Source: Escherichia phage OES_C-1. From it: DNA of 64,000 nt. Location: the sequence record PQ553088; one strand, written 5' to 3'. Each line of letters starts with the position of its first letter. Within the stretch, counting starts at the first letter, position 1. The notes under the pieces are model-generated. The model saw only the letters and a program-made list of their open reading frames with translations, was not told where the DNA came from and searched no databases. Of this stretch, positions 37,234 to 48,427 are shown piece by piece. Position numbers and translations under genes: made by a program.

Positions 37234-38072
37234 TAGAATGCTCCTTGAAAAATATTATCACCACTAGTAGGTCTATTATACAAATACTCTATGCCACCAG
37301 GTTTAATATAGTTCCATGTCTGAAACGGATGTGTCTGATATGGATGATATAGATGATTATAAGGATTTAATCCAGGCGTTCTCCAGGTAGTGTTCCAAGG
37401 AAAAGAATCGTTTTTAACCATCTTCTCAATTACATCTTTTATAGCTTTTTCACTATCAAAACTTTCTTTATTTTCCTTTGGTGAAAAAAGCTTATTTTCT
37501 ACATCATTCCATGTATAAACTCGCTGGGCAGTTTTTGGAATATTGTCACGCTCTCCTCGAGCCATCCAATAAACTGGAACATTTAATATTTCACTCGCAT
37601 GATCGCAGTGGTGAGCGAGATCGTCAATATAACAAATTACGTTATATTTCTCTTTTGCCTTTTTGAACAACTCTTCTTTTGAAGAATCATGACCGCACAT
37701 CATTACTTCTGAGAAGGCACCAGGAAAAAGAGCATTCAAATTAAATTGACGATTCAACAGAGCGTCAATAGAATCACCCAATGCTGTAACAGCTACAAAA
37801 TTATAATCTTCTTTTAATTTGTTAATTACACACAGAGCATCTTTATATGGAGACAAGTAACGAATAAAATCTGAACGATTATATTTTTCAATTAACTTGA
37901 CGCCAAGTTCTTCATCACAATTAAAGAGTTTACCTGGAGAAATAAATTTCTCATCTTGGATCATTTTTAAAATATGTTCTAACGGAAGATTATATTTCTG
38001 AGCAAAATAAGGAAGGCCTGATTGCCAGCTTAAACATACTCCATCAATATCAGTTAAAATAGTTGGCTTCAT
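37233..38072 (-). CDS. HAD-superfamily phosphatase-like protein (30.2 position)
   Basis: 279 aa; HAD motif I DIDGV at residues 8-12 and DD motif (YIDDLAHH). Confidence 0.6.
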   Translation of the reverse strand: MKPTILTDIDGVCLSWQSGLPYFAQKYNLPLEHILKMIQDEKFISPGKLFNCDEELGVKLIEKYNRSDFIRYLSPYKDALCVINKLKEDYNFVAVTALGDSIDALLNRQFNLNALFPGAFSEVMMCGHDSSKEELFKKAKEKYNVICYIDDLAHHCDHASEILNVPVYWMARGERDNIPKTAQRVYTWNDVENKLFSPKENKESFDSEKAIKDVIEKMVKNDSFPWNTTWRTPGLNPYNHLYHPYQTHPFQTWNYIKPGGIEYLYNRPTSGDNIFQGAF

Positions 38073-38533
38073 AGAGAGTCTCTTAATAGGTTTAACACAT
38101 CAATAAATTCAGCTTCGGTTAGTATTGTATCATCTTTTGTTAGACCACTAGCCATGCTGTGCTTCAAAACTTTTCCTTTCGAGGCTTGTAATGCATCACG
38201 AAAGCCCCTGTTTTGGATCGCTGCTTCAAAATATGCATTTGTGTATAATTCTTTCCACGCCGGGGAGTATCTTGAAAACGGAACTCCAAGCCAAAAGAGG
38301 GTCCCACGGTCCTGAGCTCTAGCATAAGACCTTCCAGCTTGTTGGGCGGCAAGCCCGGATAACCCAAATATACGTCTTTGCTGTTCAACATTTTTCACCT
38401 TACATCCTTGGAGGAATCCTTCGAGACCTCCAAATTGGATACCATCCATAGCGAAAGGCCATTGGGCGAAATTGCTTAATGCACATGATGGCCATCTAAA
38501 ATTGCTTCTTATTTCTAGCTCAGACATTTTCAA
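38069..38533 (-). CDS. NADAR/YbiA-like domain protein (30.3 position)
   Basis: 154 aa; ALSNFAQWPFAMDGIQFGGLEGFLQGCK resembles the YbiA/NADAR core SNFAAWP..DG....SEHYFQAQK. Confidence 0.6.
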   Translation of the reverse strand: MKMSELEIRSNFRWPSCALSNFAQWPFAMDGIQFGGLEGFLQGCKVKNVEQQRRIFGLSGLAAQQAGRSYARAQDRGTLFWLGVPFSRYSPAWKELYTNAYFEAAIQNRGFRDALQASKGKVLKHSMASGLTKDDTILTEAEFIDVLNLLRDSL

Positions 38534-38726
38534 TACTTATAATTTCAACATCAGCCCAATGACCATAGCAAGGAAGACGAAATTCAACTGGCCAGTTAGG
38601 GTCCTTTTCTAATATAATAGACTTAACTTGTGGTTCTTCATGTTCATCGGTATACGGACCTTTATACGTTACTTTATATGTGACCTTAATGTACTGAATT
38701 CCAAAAATCTTATTAATTATATTCAT
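38520..38726 (-). CDS. hypothetical protein
   Basis: 68-aa ORF in the 30.x cluster. Confidence 0.5.
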   Translation of the reverse strand: MNIINKIFGIQYIKVTYKVTYKGPYTDEHEEPQVKSIILEKDPNWPVEFRLPCYGHWADVEIISIENV

Positions 38727-38920
38727 ACTAATTCCTTTAATCCATAGATAGGAGATAATTCATCACCCATACGAAGGTCTTCATTTCCATCTACCCAGGA
38801 AACAATATAAGCCTCTTTTATTTGAATACCACTCCATTTAAATGGAGGTAGAACCTTAGAAATTAATCCAGGTATACCGACTCCCTTTAATTCAACAGTT
38901 TGACCCAAAAAGAATTTCAT
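38723..38920 (-). CDS. hypothetical protein
   Basis: 65-aa ORF in the 30.x cluster. Confidence 0.5.
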   Translation of the reverse strand: MKFFLGQTVELKGVGIPGLISKVLPPFKWSGIQIKEAYIVSWVDGNEDLRMGDELSPIYGLKELV

Positions 38921-39207
38921 TAGAACCTCATCTGAAAACCATGCGATTTAACATTACCGCCGTCAATATCAGAAATGTTAATTTCACGCGCAATTGAAGG
39001 GTCAATGTCAATTTCACGATTGAGTTTAGCGATAGCTAGAGTATCACGCCCATTTACAGTACGGAACTCTAAAGGGCAGACTGCATTAACATAGTTTTTA
39101 ATCGATTCACTGGTAGGCTGCAAATGAGCAGGAAGGTCTTTAGGCGCCTTAGAGAAAACTACTTCGCAAAAATTTTTACGGGTATCAAAATAAGTAGTCA
39201 TAAACAT
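38920..39207 (-). CDS. hypothetical protein
   Basis: 95-aa ORF; GAGGAAAA RBS; hairpin immediately upstream. Confidence 0.5.
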   Translation of the reverse strand: MFMTTYFDTRKNFCEVVFSKAPKDLPAHLQPTSESIKNYVNAVCPLEFRTVNGRDTLAIAKLNREIDIDPSIAREINISDIDGGNVKSHGFQMRF

Positions 39208-39248
39208 AGTATTTTCCTCAGTAAGGGGCCGAAGCCCCTTATTTTATT

Positions 39249-39626
39249 TTAAATATCAAATTCGTTAAGAACTACATCAAAGATCGCTTCAAGATGCTCA
39301 GGTTTAGCTCTGTTACTCAGAATATGACGAATCCAAGTTTTAACCAGAAGCTTACGATTGACGCCATTCCAGCAAGGATGAGTACCTAAATCGCGTTGAC
39401 GGAAATCATCATCTAATGCGATTTTAAAAGAAGAACCTTCTTTCGTGATTGAAACCGTGATGCCATTTTCAAATCGCATATAAACGTAGTTAGGAGTCAT
39501 ATATTGTTCAATTTCGCATACTGATCCATTTTGATGTTTCCAAAGGCAGATAGTATCAATAGAACCTGCAATACCGTTAGAAACATATTTACGTTCAAAG
39601 TTGATGTAGTTCATTTTATTCTCCAA
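39249..39626 (-). CDS. hypothetical protein (30.7 position)
   Basis: 125-aa ORF. Confidence 0.5.
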   Translation of the reverse strand: MENKMNYINFERKYVSNGIAGSIDTICLWKHQNGSVCEIEQYMTPNYVYMRFENGITVSITKEGSSFKIALDDDFRQRDLGTHPCWNGVNRKLLVKTWIRHILSNRAKPEHLEAIFDVVLNEFDI

Positions 39627-39681
39627 GGTGTTTAATTGCGGTACAGGTATATAATATCATATCCTGTACCAAAGTAAACAA

Positions 39682-40014
39682 TTATTTTACTACTTTCCAA
39701 TGTTGCATGTCAAGTTTACCAACTTTTTTCATCTTCTCAATTAAGCGTTCGGCACGTTGGCGAGCTGTAACATAGTACCATTCGCCTAATTCATTTTGTT
39801 CAATTTTTCCAACGATTACTGTATTCAATTCATAAATCCAACCAGTAAAGAAATTATGAACTTGAATTGTAAAGGTGAAATCTGTTCCCATACCTTCTGT
39901 TGTTTCTACTTCAACAATATCACCTTTAACTGCCATTAAGAACCACATAGTTTCATCATATTTACCATTGAAGCATTTAGTTTTAACCGCAGCGTTCAGA
40001 TTAATCGTTTTCAT
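39682..40014 (-). CDS. hypothetical protein (30.8 position)
   Basis: 110-aa ORF. Confidence 0.5.
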   Translation of the reverse strand: MKTINLNAAVKTKCFNGKYDETMWFLMAVKGDIVEVETTEGMGTDFTFTIQVHNFFTGWIYELNTVIVGKIEQNELGEWYYVTARQRAERLIEKMKKVGKLDMQHWKVVK

Positions 40015-40084
40015 TTTATTCTCCTTTGTTTGTGTAAGATAATACTATCACAAAGGAACCATACTGTAAACAACTTTGTGCAAT

Positions 40085-40120
40085 CTTTTGAAAATAAAAA
40101 AGGACTCCCGAAGGAGTCCT
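40085..40120 (-). terminator. intrinsic terminator after the 30.9 ORF
   Basis: AGGACTCC-CGAA-GGAGTCCT followed on minus strand by UUUUUAUUUUC. Confidence 0.75.
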
Positions 40121-40124
40121 CAAC

Positions 40125-40301
40125 TTATGCTTTCTGCTTACCAAAACGAGAAGCATCATCTCGAAGAACCGCACGTGCTCGGCGCATGATCTTCTCAACA
40201 GTTTGATTGATACGAGAGTTCGACCCACGCTTGTAACCAGCGCGTTTAGAATCACCAACTTTCTTTTCAACTGCTTTCTTTGCTTTAGCTTGTTTTGCCA
40301 T
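40125..40301 (-). CDS. small basic protein (30.9 position)
   Basis: 58 aa from ATG 40301 (MAKQAKAKK...); terminator downstream. Confidence 0.5.
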   Translation of the reverse strand: MAKQAKAKKAVEKKVGDSKRAGYKRGSNSRINQTVEKIMRRARAVLRDDASRFGKQKA

Positions 40302-40420
40302 TATAAATTCTCTTTTAAATGAAAATGCAGGACTTATTGGCATTGCCTGCGAAAGCCCTCAAAGGGTACTTAGGTTTTGAATATTTACCGACAGGATAAC
40401 CATAAACCTCGTCAACATAA

Positions 40421-40669
40421 TTACTTCAGTGTTACCACAAAGTGACGAACTGCTTTTCGTGCAGCAGAAGCCAGAGGCTTAGCATACTTAAGTTCATCTT
40501 TTTCCTGAAGCTCAGCAGCTAATGCAGTTTGAGCAGGATTCAGATGTTTGAAATAACGCAGGATTTCAAGAGCTTCGGCTTCAACATCAATAGATGCGCC
40601 ATAGTTTTCGTGACCATTATTCCATGCGTTTCGTTGCAGTTCAAGAGCGTGTTGTAATTGTTTAATCAT
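40421..40669 (-). CDS. rIII: rIII lysis-inhibition accessory protein
   Basis: 82 aa, T4 length/position next to gene 31. Confidence 0.8.
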   Translation of the reverse strand: MIKQLQHALELQRNAWNNGHENYGASIDVEAEALEILRYFKHLNPAQTALAAELQEKDELKYAKPLASAARKAVRHFVVTLK

Positions 40670-40808
40670 TTAAAAATTCTCGTTAGAGATTAAAACTCGG
40701 TAGTCACGTTCTTCTGAATTTCATCTTCTTTCGACAGATCTCTCAGTTGTAGACTACCACGTAGAATTGTTCGGTTAACTTATTATTCCGACACCCAATT
40801 CATATTAT

Positions 40809-40816
40809 TATTTATA
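40809..40816 (-). promoter_or_regulatory. late-type promoter TATAAATA (rIII leader)
   Basis: Plus TATTTATA immediately downstream of gene 31 stop. Confidence 0.4.
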
Positions 40817-41152
40817 TCACTTATAAAGACATGGAATAGCTTTATAATGACATGTTACGAATTTTTGTTTAATTTCTTTTGGCTGCTTAAGACCCAGAGC
40901 TACAAAAGGATGCGGAACATTTCGAATTTGACCAACTGGAAGAGAAGTCAAATCACCAACTTCGCAGAAACCTTCAGGAACATCAGGACCAACAGAGTGA
41001 ACTACACACAGTTCAGGAACTTCACCTTGAACACGTTTACCGATAATGAGTCCTGATTCTGTAACTTCTTCATCACCAGCTTGCGCAGGTTCAGAAACTA
41101 AAATAACAAATTCACCGACAGCACGAATTGGTAGCTGTTGTACTTCAGACAT
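40817..41152 (-). CDS. 31: co-chaperonin gp31 (GroES analogue)
   Basis: 111 aa, [14 protein letters not shown]... recognised. Confidence 0.9.
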   Translation of the reverse strand: MSEVQQLPIRAVGEFVILVSEPAQAGDEEVTESGLIIGKRVQGEVPELCVVHSVGPDVPEGFCEVGDLTSLPVGQIRNVPHPFVALGLKQPKEIKQKFVTCHYKAIPCLYK

Positions 41153-41208
41153 TGTTTTTCCTTTTTGTTAACAGATGAATTAATAATAACAAATAATTCT
41201 TAAAGCAT

Positions 41209-41517
41209 TTATTTACCAATAAATTGAAGCAAATGCTCAACTTTCATACCATTAACGGAAATCAATTTGTCAATAGAAAAACCTCGCCATGCACCAAGCT
41301 CAACATCAAATACTGGAATCATATCAGTAGATTCTTTCCGAGTAGATTCAGTCAATTTACCGGTTTGCATGGTTGGCATAAAGTCTGCATCACGAGTGCC
41401 TTTCATAGTACGAATAGTACCGTCAGACTTTTCAAAAACTACATTTGAAATACCCATGGACAATTTAGTTTTCAAAATTTCACGAATTGCTATTTTTTGT
41501 TCAGTCGTCAGTTTCAT
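41209..41517 (-). CDS. hypothetical protein (31.1 position)
   Basis: 102-aa ORF. Confidence 0.55.
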   Translation of the reverse strand: MKLTTEQKIAIREILKTKLSMGISNVVFEKSDGTIRTMKGTRDADFMPTMQTGKLTESTRKESTDMIPVFDVELGAWRGFSIDKLISVNGMKVEHLLQFIGK

Positions 41518-41754
41518 TTATTTACCTATCACAGTTTTAATATGAGTTGTTCCACGTTCTTTAAGAGTGGAAAGCAATTTTTGGCATTTTTCTAAATCAG
41601 ATTTCCAACTATGCGGTCTATCAATACAAACCCAGTTTGACTTATAATACTTCTTCCATTTAGAGAAAAAATACTTCTTATACTCTACAGCAAATGAAAT
41701 ATTCTCGTTGGAATAAGAACTAATTGCTGTGAGCTTTACCAAACGAAATTTCAT
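41518..41754 (-). CDS. hypothetical protein (31.2 position)
   Basis: 78-aa ORF. Confidence 0.55.
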   Translation of the reverse strand: MKFRLVKLTAISSYSNENISFAVEYKKYFFSKWKKYYKSNWVCIDRPHSWKSDLEKCQKLLSTLKERGTTHIKTVIGK

Positions 41755-42335
41755 TATTCACCACAGAATTCGTTGATATTTTCCCAATTTAACTTATTCA
41801 AGTTTTTCTTAGGAACATTAAACACTTCAATACCCGCATTTCGCAGAATATCATCCCAACCAGGTTTATTTTTATCGTATGTTTCGCAATAAACCAGCTT
41901 TTTAATTCCAGATTGAGCTATCGCTTTTGCACAATCCGGGCAAGGAGAAAGTGTTACATACATAGTAGCACCTTCAATTGAAGAACCGTTTCGTGCAGCA
42001 AACAAAATTGCATTTAGTTCAGCATGAATTTCATTTTTAGACGACCATTCAGAGTGAGCGCTACGGTGTTCTTTCGCCAAGACAAAACGATCAGTTGAAC
42101 CAAATGATACGCATTCAGGCTTATGACCTTGAATGATAGTATGTTTAGGCTTATTCAGCAACCAACCTTGCTCGGCAGCATAATCACAGCAATTCACACC
42201 ACCTGCCGGAGAACCGTTATATCCAGTAGAAATAATACGTCCATTCTTTTCAATTACTGCTCCTACCTTCCAGGAGCAACATTTTGATTCTTGTGATACT
42301 AAATATGCAATTTGAAGTACTGTACTCGCTTTCAT
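41754..42335 (-). CDS. cd: dCMP deaminase
   Basis: 193 aa; zinc-binding HAE...PCPDC motifs. Confidence 0.9.
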   Translation of the reverse strand: MKASTVLQIAYLVSQESKCCSWKVGAVIEKNGRIISTGYNGSPAGGVNCCDYAAEQGWLLNKPKHTIIQGHKPECVSFGSTDRFVLAKEHRSAHSEWSSKNEIHAELNAILFAARNGSSIEGATMYVTLSPCPDCAKAIAQSGIKKLVYCETYDKNKPGWDDILRNAGIEVFNVPKKNLNKLNWENINEFCGE

Positions 42336-42670
42336 TTCATAATCACCAGATAAGCAGATTTAGCAGTTTCAACACGATAAATTTCATGACGAAGTTTAGT
42401 TATACTTTTAATAACAGAACTAATTATATTCTGCCCGTCTTTAAAGCGGTTTTTCTTATCAATAAAAATTGCACCAGCCATCTTTTTGTGAAGCTCAACT
42501 GGATACTTCGTCACAATAATAGCATCATACACAGAAGGATGAATACTGTTCACCAGAGTATCATTCATTAAAGTTATTCTAATGAACTGTGCTGTTTCAG
42601 AGTCAAGCGCTCTATGATCGCCAGTATCATTTTCAAGACAATTATCAATTATATCAGTTAAATTCATCAT
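42332..42670 (-). CDS. hypothetical protein (cd.1 position)
   Basis: 112-aa ORF. Confidence 0.5.
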   Translation of the reverse strand: MMNLTDIIDNCLENDTGDHRALDSETAQFIRITLMNDTLVNSIHPSVYDAIIVTKYPVELHKKMAGAIFIDKKNRFKDGQNIISSVIKSITKLRHEIYRVETAKSAYLVIMK

Positions 42671-42903
42671 AGTACGCCATACACCCTTTGTGCTTCAACT
42701 AATCCATCAAAATCCAATTTGAGATGTGTTATTTGGTCACCATCACCTGGATTCACAATTACTAATACTGAACGAGGAGTTTCGGTAATAACACGAACCG
42801 ATGTTTCAGGAAATCGTTCAGAAACCTTATTTACCAATTCCTGAGCAAATAGTTTAACTTTTTCTTGGAATTCTTTAACAGTAATTGGTTTTTCACTTAG
42901 CAT
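42667..42903 (-). CDS. hypothetical protein (cd.2 position)
   Basis: 78-aa ORF. Confidence 0.5.
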   Translation of the reverse strand: MLSEKPITVKEFQEKVKLFAQELVNKVSERFPETSVRVITETPRSVLVIVNPGDGDQITHLKLDFDGLVEAQRVYGVL

Positions 42904-43424
42904 GTTGATCCAAGCTCCTTACTTTCAACGTTTTTAACTAATTTGACAGAAACTAATTCAGCATCTTGAGTAATCATTACCGGACCTTCTTCATACTCTT
43001 CAAGATATTCTAGAGCTTTCTTTTTAGCTTCTTCCTTCGTATCAGTTTGAGCATAGATATAAAACATACAACCAGTAATACCTACTACTTTCCACTTAAT
43101 TTCTTTATCAGCTTTAATTTCAAATTTACTGACAGAATCATCTTTTTGAACTTCTTCGAAAAAAGAATATTCTAACATATAAGCAATTGAAAATAACGGG
43201 CTAACTTTATAGGATTCGCCCATTACATCAACAGCTTTATACCAGCAGTCATCAATTTCTCGTTTAATGCTAATAACATTTTTCGCAGGATCTATTTTTA
43301 CTTTAAATGAATTTTCCCCAATAAACTGGGCAATTCGTTTATTAGCCCCGCAAGTTTCATTAAAAATATCTTTATATCCAGCTTTAAAGCGATAAACCTT
43401 ATCTTCTTCAAACCATTCGCTCAT
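42897..43424 (-). CDS. hypothetical protein (cd.3 position)
   Basis: 175-aa ORF with early promoter-like motif and hairpin upstream. Confidence 0.5.
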   Translation of the reverse strand: MSEWFEEDKVYRFKAGYKDIFNETCGANKRIAQFIGENSFKVKIDPAKNVISIKREIDDCWYKAVDVMGESYKVSPLFSIAYMLEYSFFEEVQKDDSVSKFEIKADKEIKWKVVGITGCMFYIYAQTDTKEEAKKKALEYLEEYEEGPVMITQDAELVSVKLVKNVESKELGSTC

Positions 43425-43456
43425 TTCAATTTCCTCATTTGTTTTTGGTAGAGCTA

Positions 43457-43485
43457 TAATATCACAACTCTACCGTAAAGTAAAC
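43457..43485 (-). promoter_or_regulatory. early promoter-like GTTTAC-N18-TATTAT upstream of cd.3 ORF
   Basis: Minus strand GTTTAC at 43480-43485; weaker -10; overlaps an inverted repeat GGTAGAG/CTCTACC. Confidence 0.4.
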
Positions 43486-43487
43486 TA

Positions 43488-43763
43488 TTAAATTGCTTTG
43501 AATTCTGATGTCTGTGATTCAAAACGAATATCGCCTTTGATAACTAACTCAGCATCAAGACCGAATACGACAATGATATGCGCGGAACCTGGATACAGCG
43601 TAATTGCAATAGAATCCACTTGGTCTGGAAGCAAAGTGTTCAATACATGAGTCACTTGAGCATGAATTCGAAGCTCAGCTGCGTTATCAAGCTTTTCAAA
43701 CATATTATTAGCGATAATTTGGCTAAACACTACTTCTACGATTTTAGAATAAGTCGGAAACAT
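43488..43763 (-). CDS. hypothetical protein
   Basis: 91-aa ORF. Confidence 0.5.
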   Translation of the reverse strand: MFPTYSKIVEVVFSQIIANNMFEKLDNAAELRIHAQVTHVLNTLLPDQVDSIAITLYPGSAHIIVVFGLDAELVIKGDIRFESQTSEFKAI

Positions 43764-43765
43764 AT

Positions 43766-43958
43766 TTACCTCACATAATTTTCTTCAAGCCAATCAATAA
43801 CATCCAACGCATTATCAAAAATTGAACCATCTACTTTGTCTTCTGTTTCATAATCAAGAACATCTAAGCCTACTCTTCCGTCAACAATAGGCCATAGACA
43901 AAATAGATATTTCTTTTCTTTTTCAATCTTATCGCAAAGACGATAAATCTTTTCTATG

Positions 43959-43966
<8 letters not shown>
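43766..43966 (-). CDS. hypothetical protein
   Basis: 66-aa acidic ORF. Confidence 0.5.
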
Positions 43967-45377
<1,411 letters not shown>

Positions 45378-45381
<4 letters not shown>

Positions 45382-45608
45382 TTATTTTTCTCAACCAATG
45401 ATTGAATATAATCATGCAGGTCTTTAGATGCTTTACCCCACTTATTTTGGTATTCATTTTTAAGATTAGCACGTGATTGAGCTAATAAAACATCATTAGT
45501 TGGAGGTAAAGATTCTAATCGTTGAATCTGGCGTCCATAAATCATTGCAGCCATCTCGGATTCATAAATCAATCCTTTGAGATGTTCAAATTGATGCCAT
45601 GAAATCAT
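45378..45608 (-). CDS. hypothetical protein
   Basis: 76-aa ORF. Confidence 0.5.
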
Positions 45609-45904
45609 TTACATTTATCCTCTTTTAGCTCTTGACGATAATAACATATCATAGTTTTTTGGTCATGTACATATCGTTTTACATCATTAAGCCAAATACG
45701 AAATTCCTGGGAATCTTCAAATGGCATACCGACCCAAGCTTTACCATCAATAACTTTAACTTGCCAAGATAGTTTAGCTTCATCATATGACTTTATTTGT
45801 ACTGGCCAATTAGGATGAACTGTTTCTTTCTTTACTTCTAAAGGCTTTGTCGAACAACCAACTAGAAGACCAATAGATAATATTACTGCTGATAGTTTAA
45901 TCAT
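45605..45904 (-). CDS. o-spanin (outer-membrane lipoprotein, Rz1-like; pseT.2 position)
   Basis: 99 aa; signal peptide with lipobox LLVG-C (MIKLSAVILSIGLLVGCS). Confidence 0.7.
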   Translation of the reverse strand: MIKLSAVILSIGLLVGCSTKPLEVKKETVHPNWPVQIKSYDEAKLSWQVKVIDGKAWVGMPFEDSQEFRIWLNDVKRYVHDQKTMICYYRQELKEDKCK

Positions 45905-46254
45905 TTAGAAAGGTCCTGGATGTCTTCTGCGAACTTGTTGAAGGAGTTGTTGATTTGTTTTTCAACCAATCCTGGCTTATGAGCCACCACATCCGCCTTC
46001 TTTGCGTCTTTGCGCAGTTTTTCATTTTCACGCTCAATAGCAGCAATTGCCTCACGATTTTTATTATTCATCGCATCAATATAATTATACTGAATTCGCA
46101 AATTATTTAATGCTAAAGCGTTTTCATTGGCCGTTTTTGTAATTTCTACAACAGACGTTTCTAATCTTTCAATTTTACTTTTTAAAATTAAAGAAGTTCC
46201 GCCCAATGCAATTACAATTAATAGCAAGCCTGCTGTCGTATTACTTAATTGCAT
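45901..46254 (-). CDS. i-spanin (inner-membrane, Rz-like; pseT.3 position)
   Basis: 117 aa; N-terminal TM helix then charged coiled-coil region; directly upstream of the lipoprotein. Confidence 0.7.
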   Translation of the reverse strand: MQLSNTTAGLLLIVIALGGTSLILKSKIERLETSVVEITKTANENALALNNLRIQYNYIDAMNNKNREAIAAIERENEKLRKDAKKADVVAHKPGLVEKQINNSFNKFAEDIQDLSK

Positions 46255-46751
46255 AAAGTTTTAATAACCTCTATAATATCGTCTTGAGAAAGACCGTTAA
46301 TTAAAATATGATGTTCAGCCGGAGATTTAGAAATTTTAAAGCATGCCTCAACATCTTCTGCCATATCTGATGCGCTACGATTTGGATTGCTAATTCCAAG
46401 ACGATGTTTTCCCGTCAAAGGATTAACGATGATATAGCATTTACAGTTGTTAATATGAACATTAGGTTGAGTCTGATTAATGAACACATCACAATCATAT
46501 TTCGCAAGCTGATTTTCTAAAAAGACTTTCATCTCCTCAACCGCATCAGGAAGCATATCACGGGCTTGCTCAAGACGACGATTTCGATATTCTTTAATGG
46601 TCGTTTTCCGCTTGACTTGCTTAGCTAAATCTTTCTTAAGATCGGTGATATATCCAACTCGACGATTTCCTTTAAATACAGAAATCCCATCTGTAGTATC
46701 ACCATATGCTTCAACGACCATTTCAGTAGTAATAAGCTGCAAATCCATCAT
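46245..46751 (-). CDS. alc: Alc, host transcription-shutoff protein
   Basis: 168 aa, T4 length and position between the spanins and rnlA; early promoter upstream. Confidence 0.8.
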   Translation of the reverse strand: MMDLQLITTEMVVEAYGDTTDGISVFKGNRRVGYITDLKKDLAKQVKRKTTIKEYRNRRLEQARDMLPDAVEEMKVFLENQLAKYDCDVFINQTQPNVHINNCKCYIIVNPLTGKHRLGISNPNRSASDMAEDVEACFKISKSPAEHHILINGLSQDDIIEVIKTLCN

Positions 46752-46779
46752 AAAGTCCTCATGTTATGTCAGTAAGACT

Positions 46780-46809
46780 ACTGTAACACAACACGAGGGA
46801 CTTGTAAAC
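46780..46809 (-). promoter_or_regulatory. early promoter GTTTAC-N18-TACAGT (alc)
   Basis: Minus strand GTTTAC (46804-46809) and TACAGT (46780-46785); ~92% identical to the 31062-31114 cassette. Confidence 0.55.
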
Positions 46810-46812
46810 AGC

Positions 46813-48400
<1,588 letters not shown>

Positions 48401-48427
48401 AATAAAATGGGCCTTGCGGCCCACTCC

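Noticed and set aside
40016-40270. 84-aa minus-strand ORF overlapping the 30.9 ORF and its terminator
   Set aside because: It runs through the strong terminator hairpin (40101-40120) and overlaps the better-supported basic 58-aa ORF in another frame.
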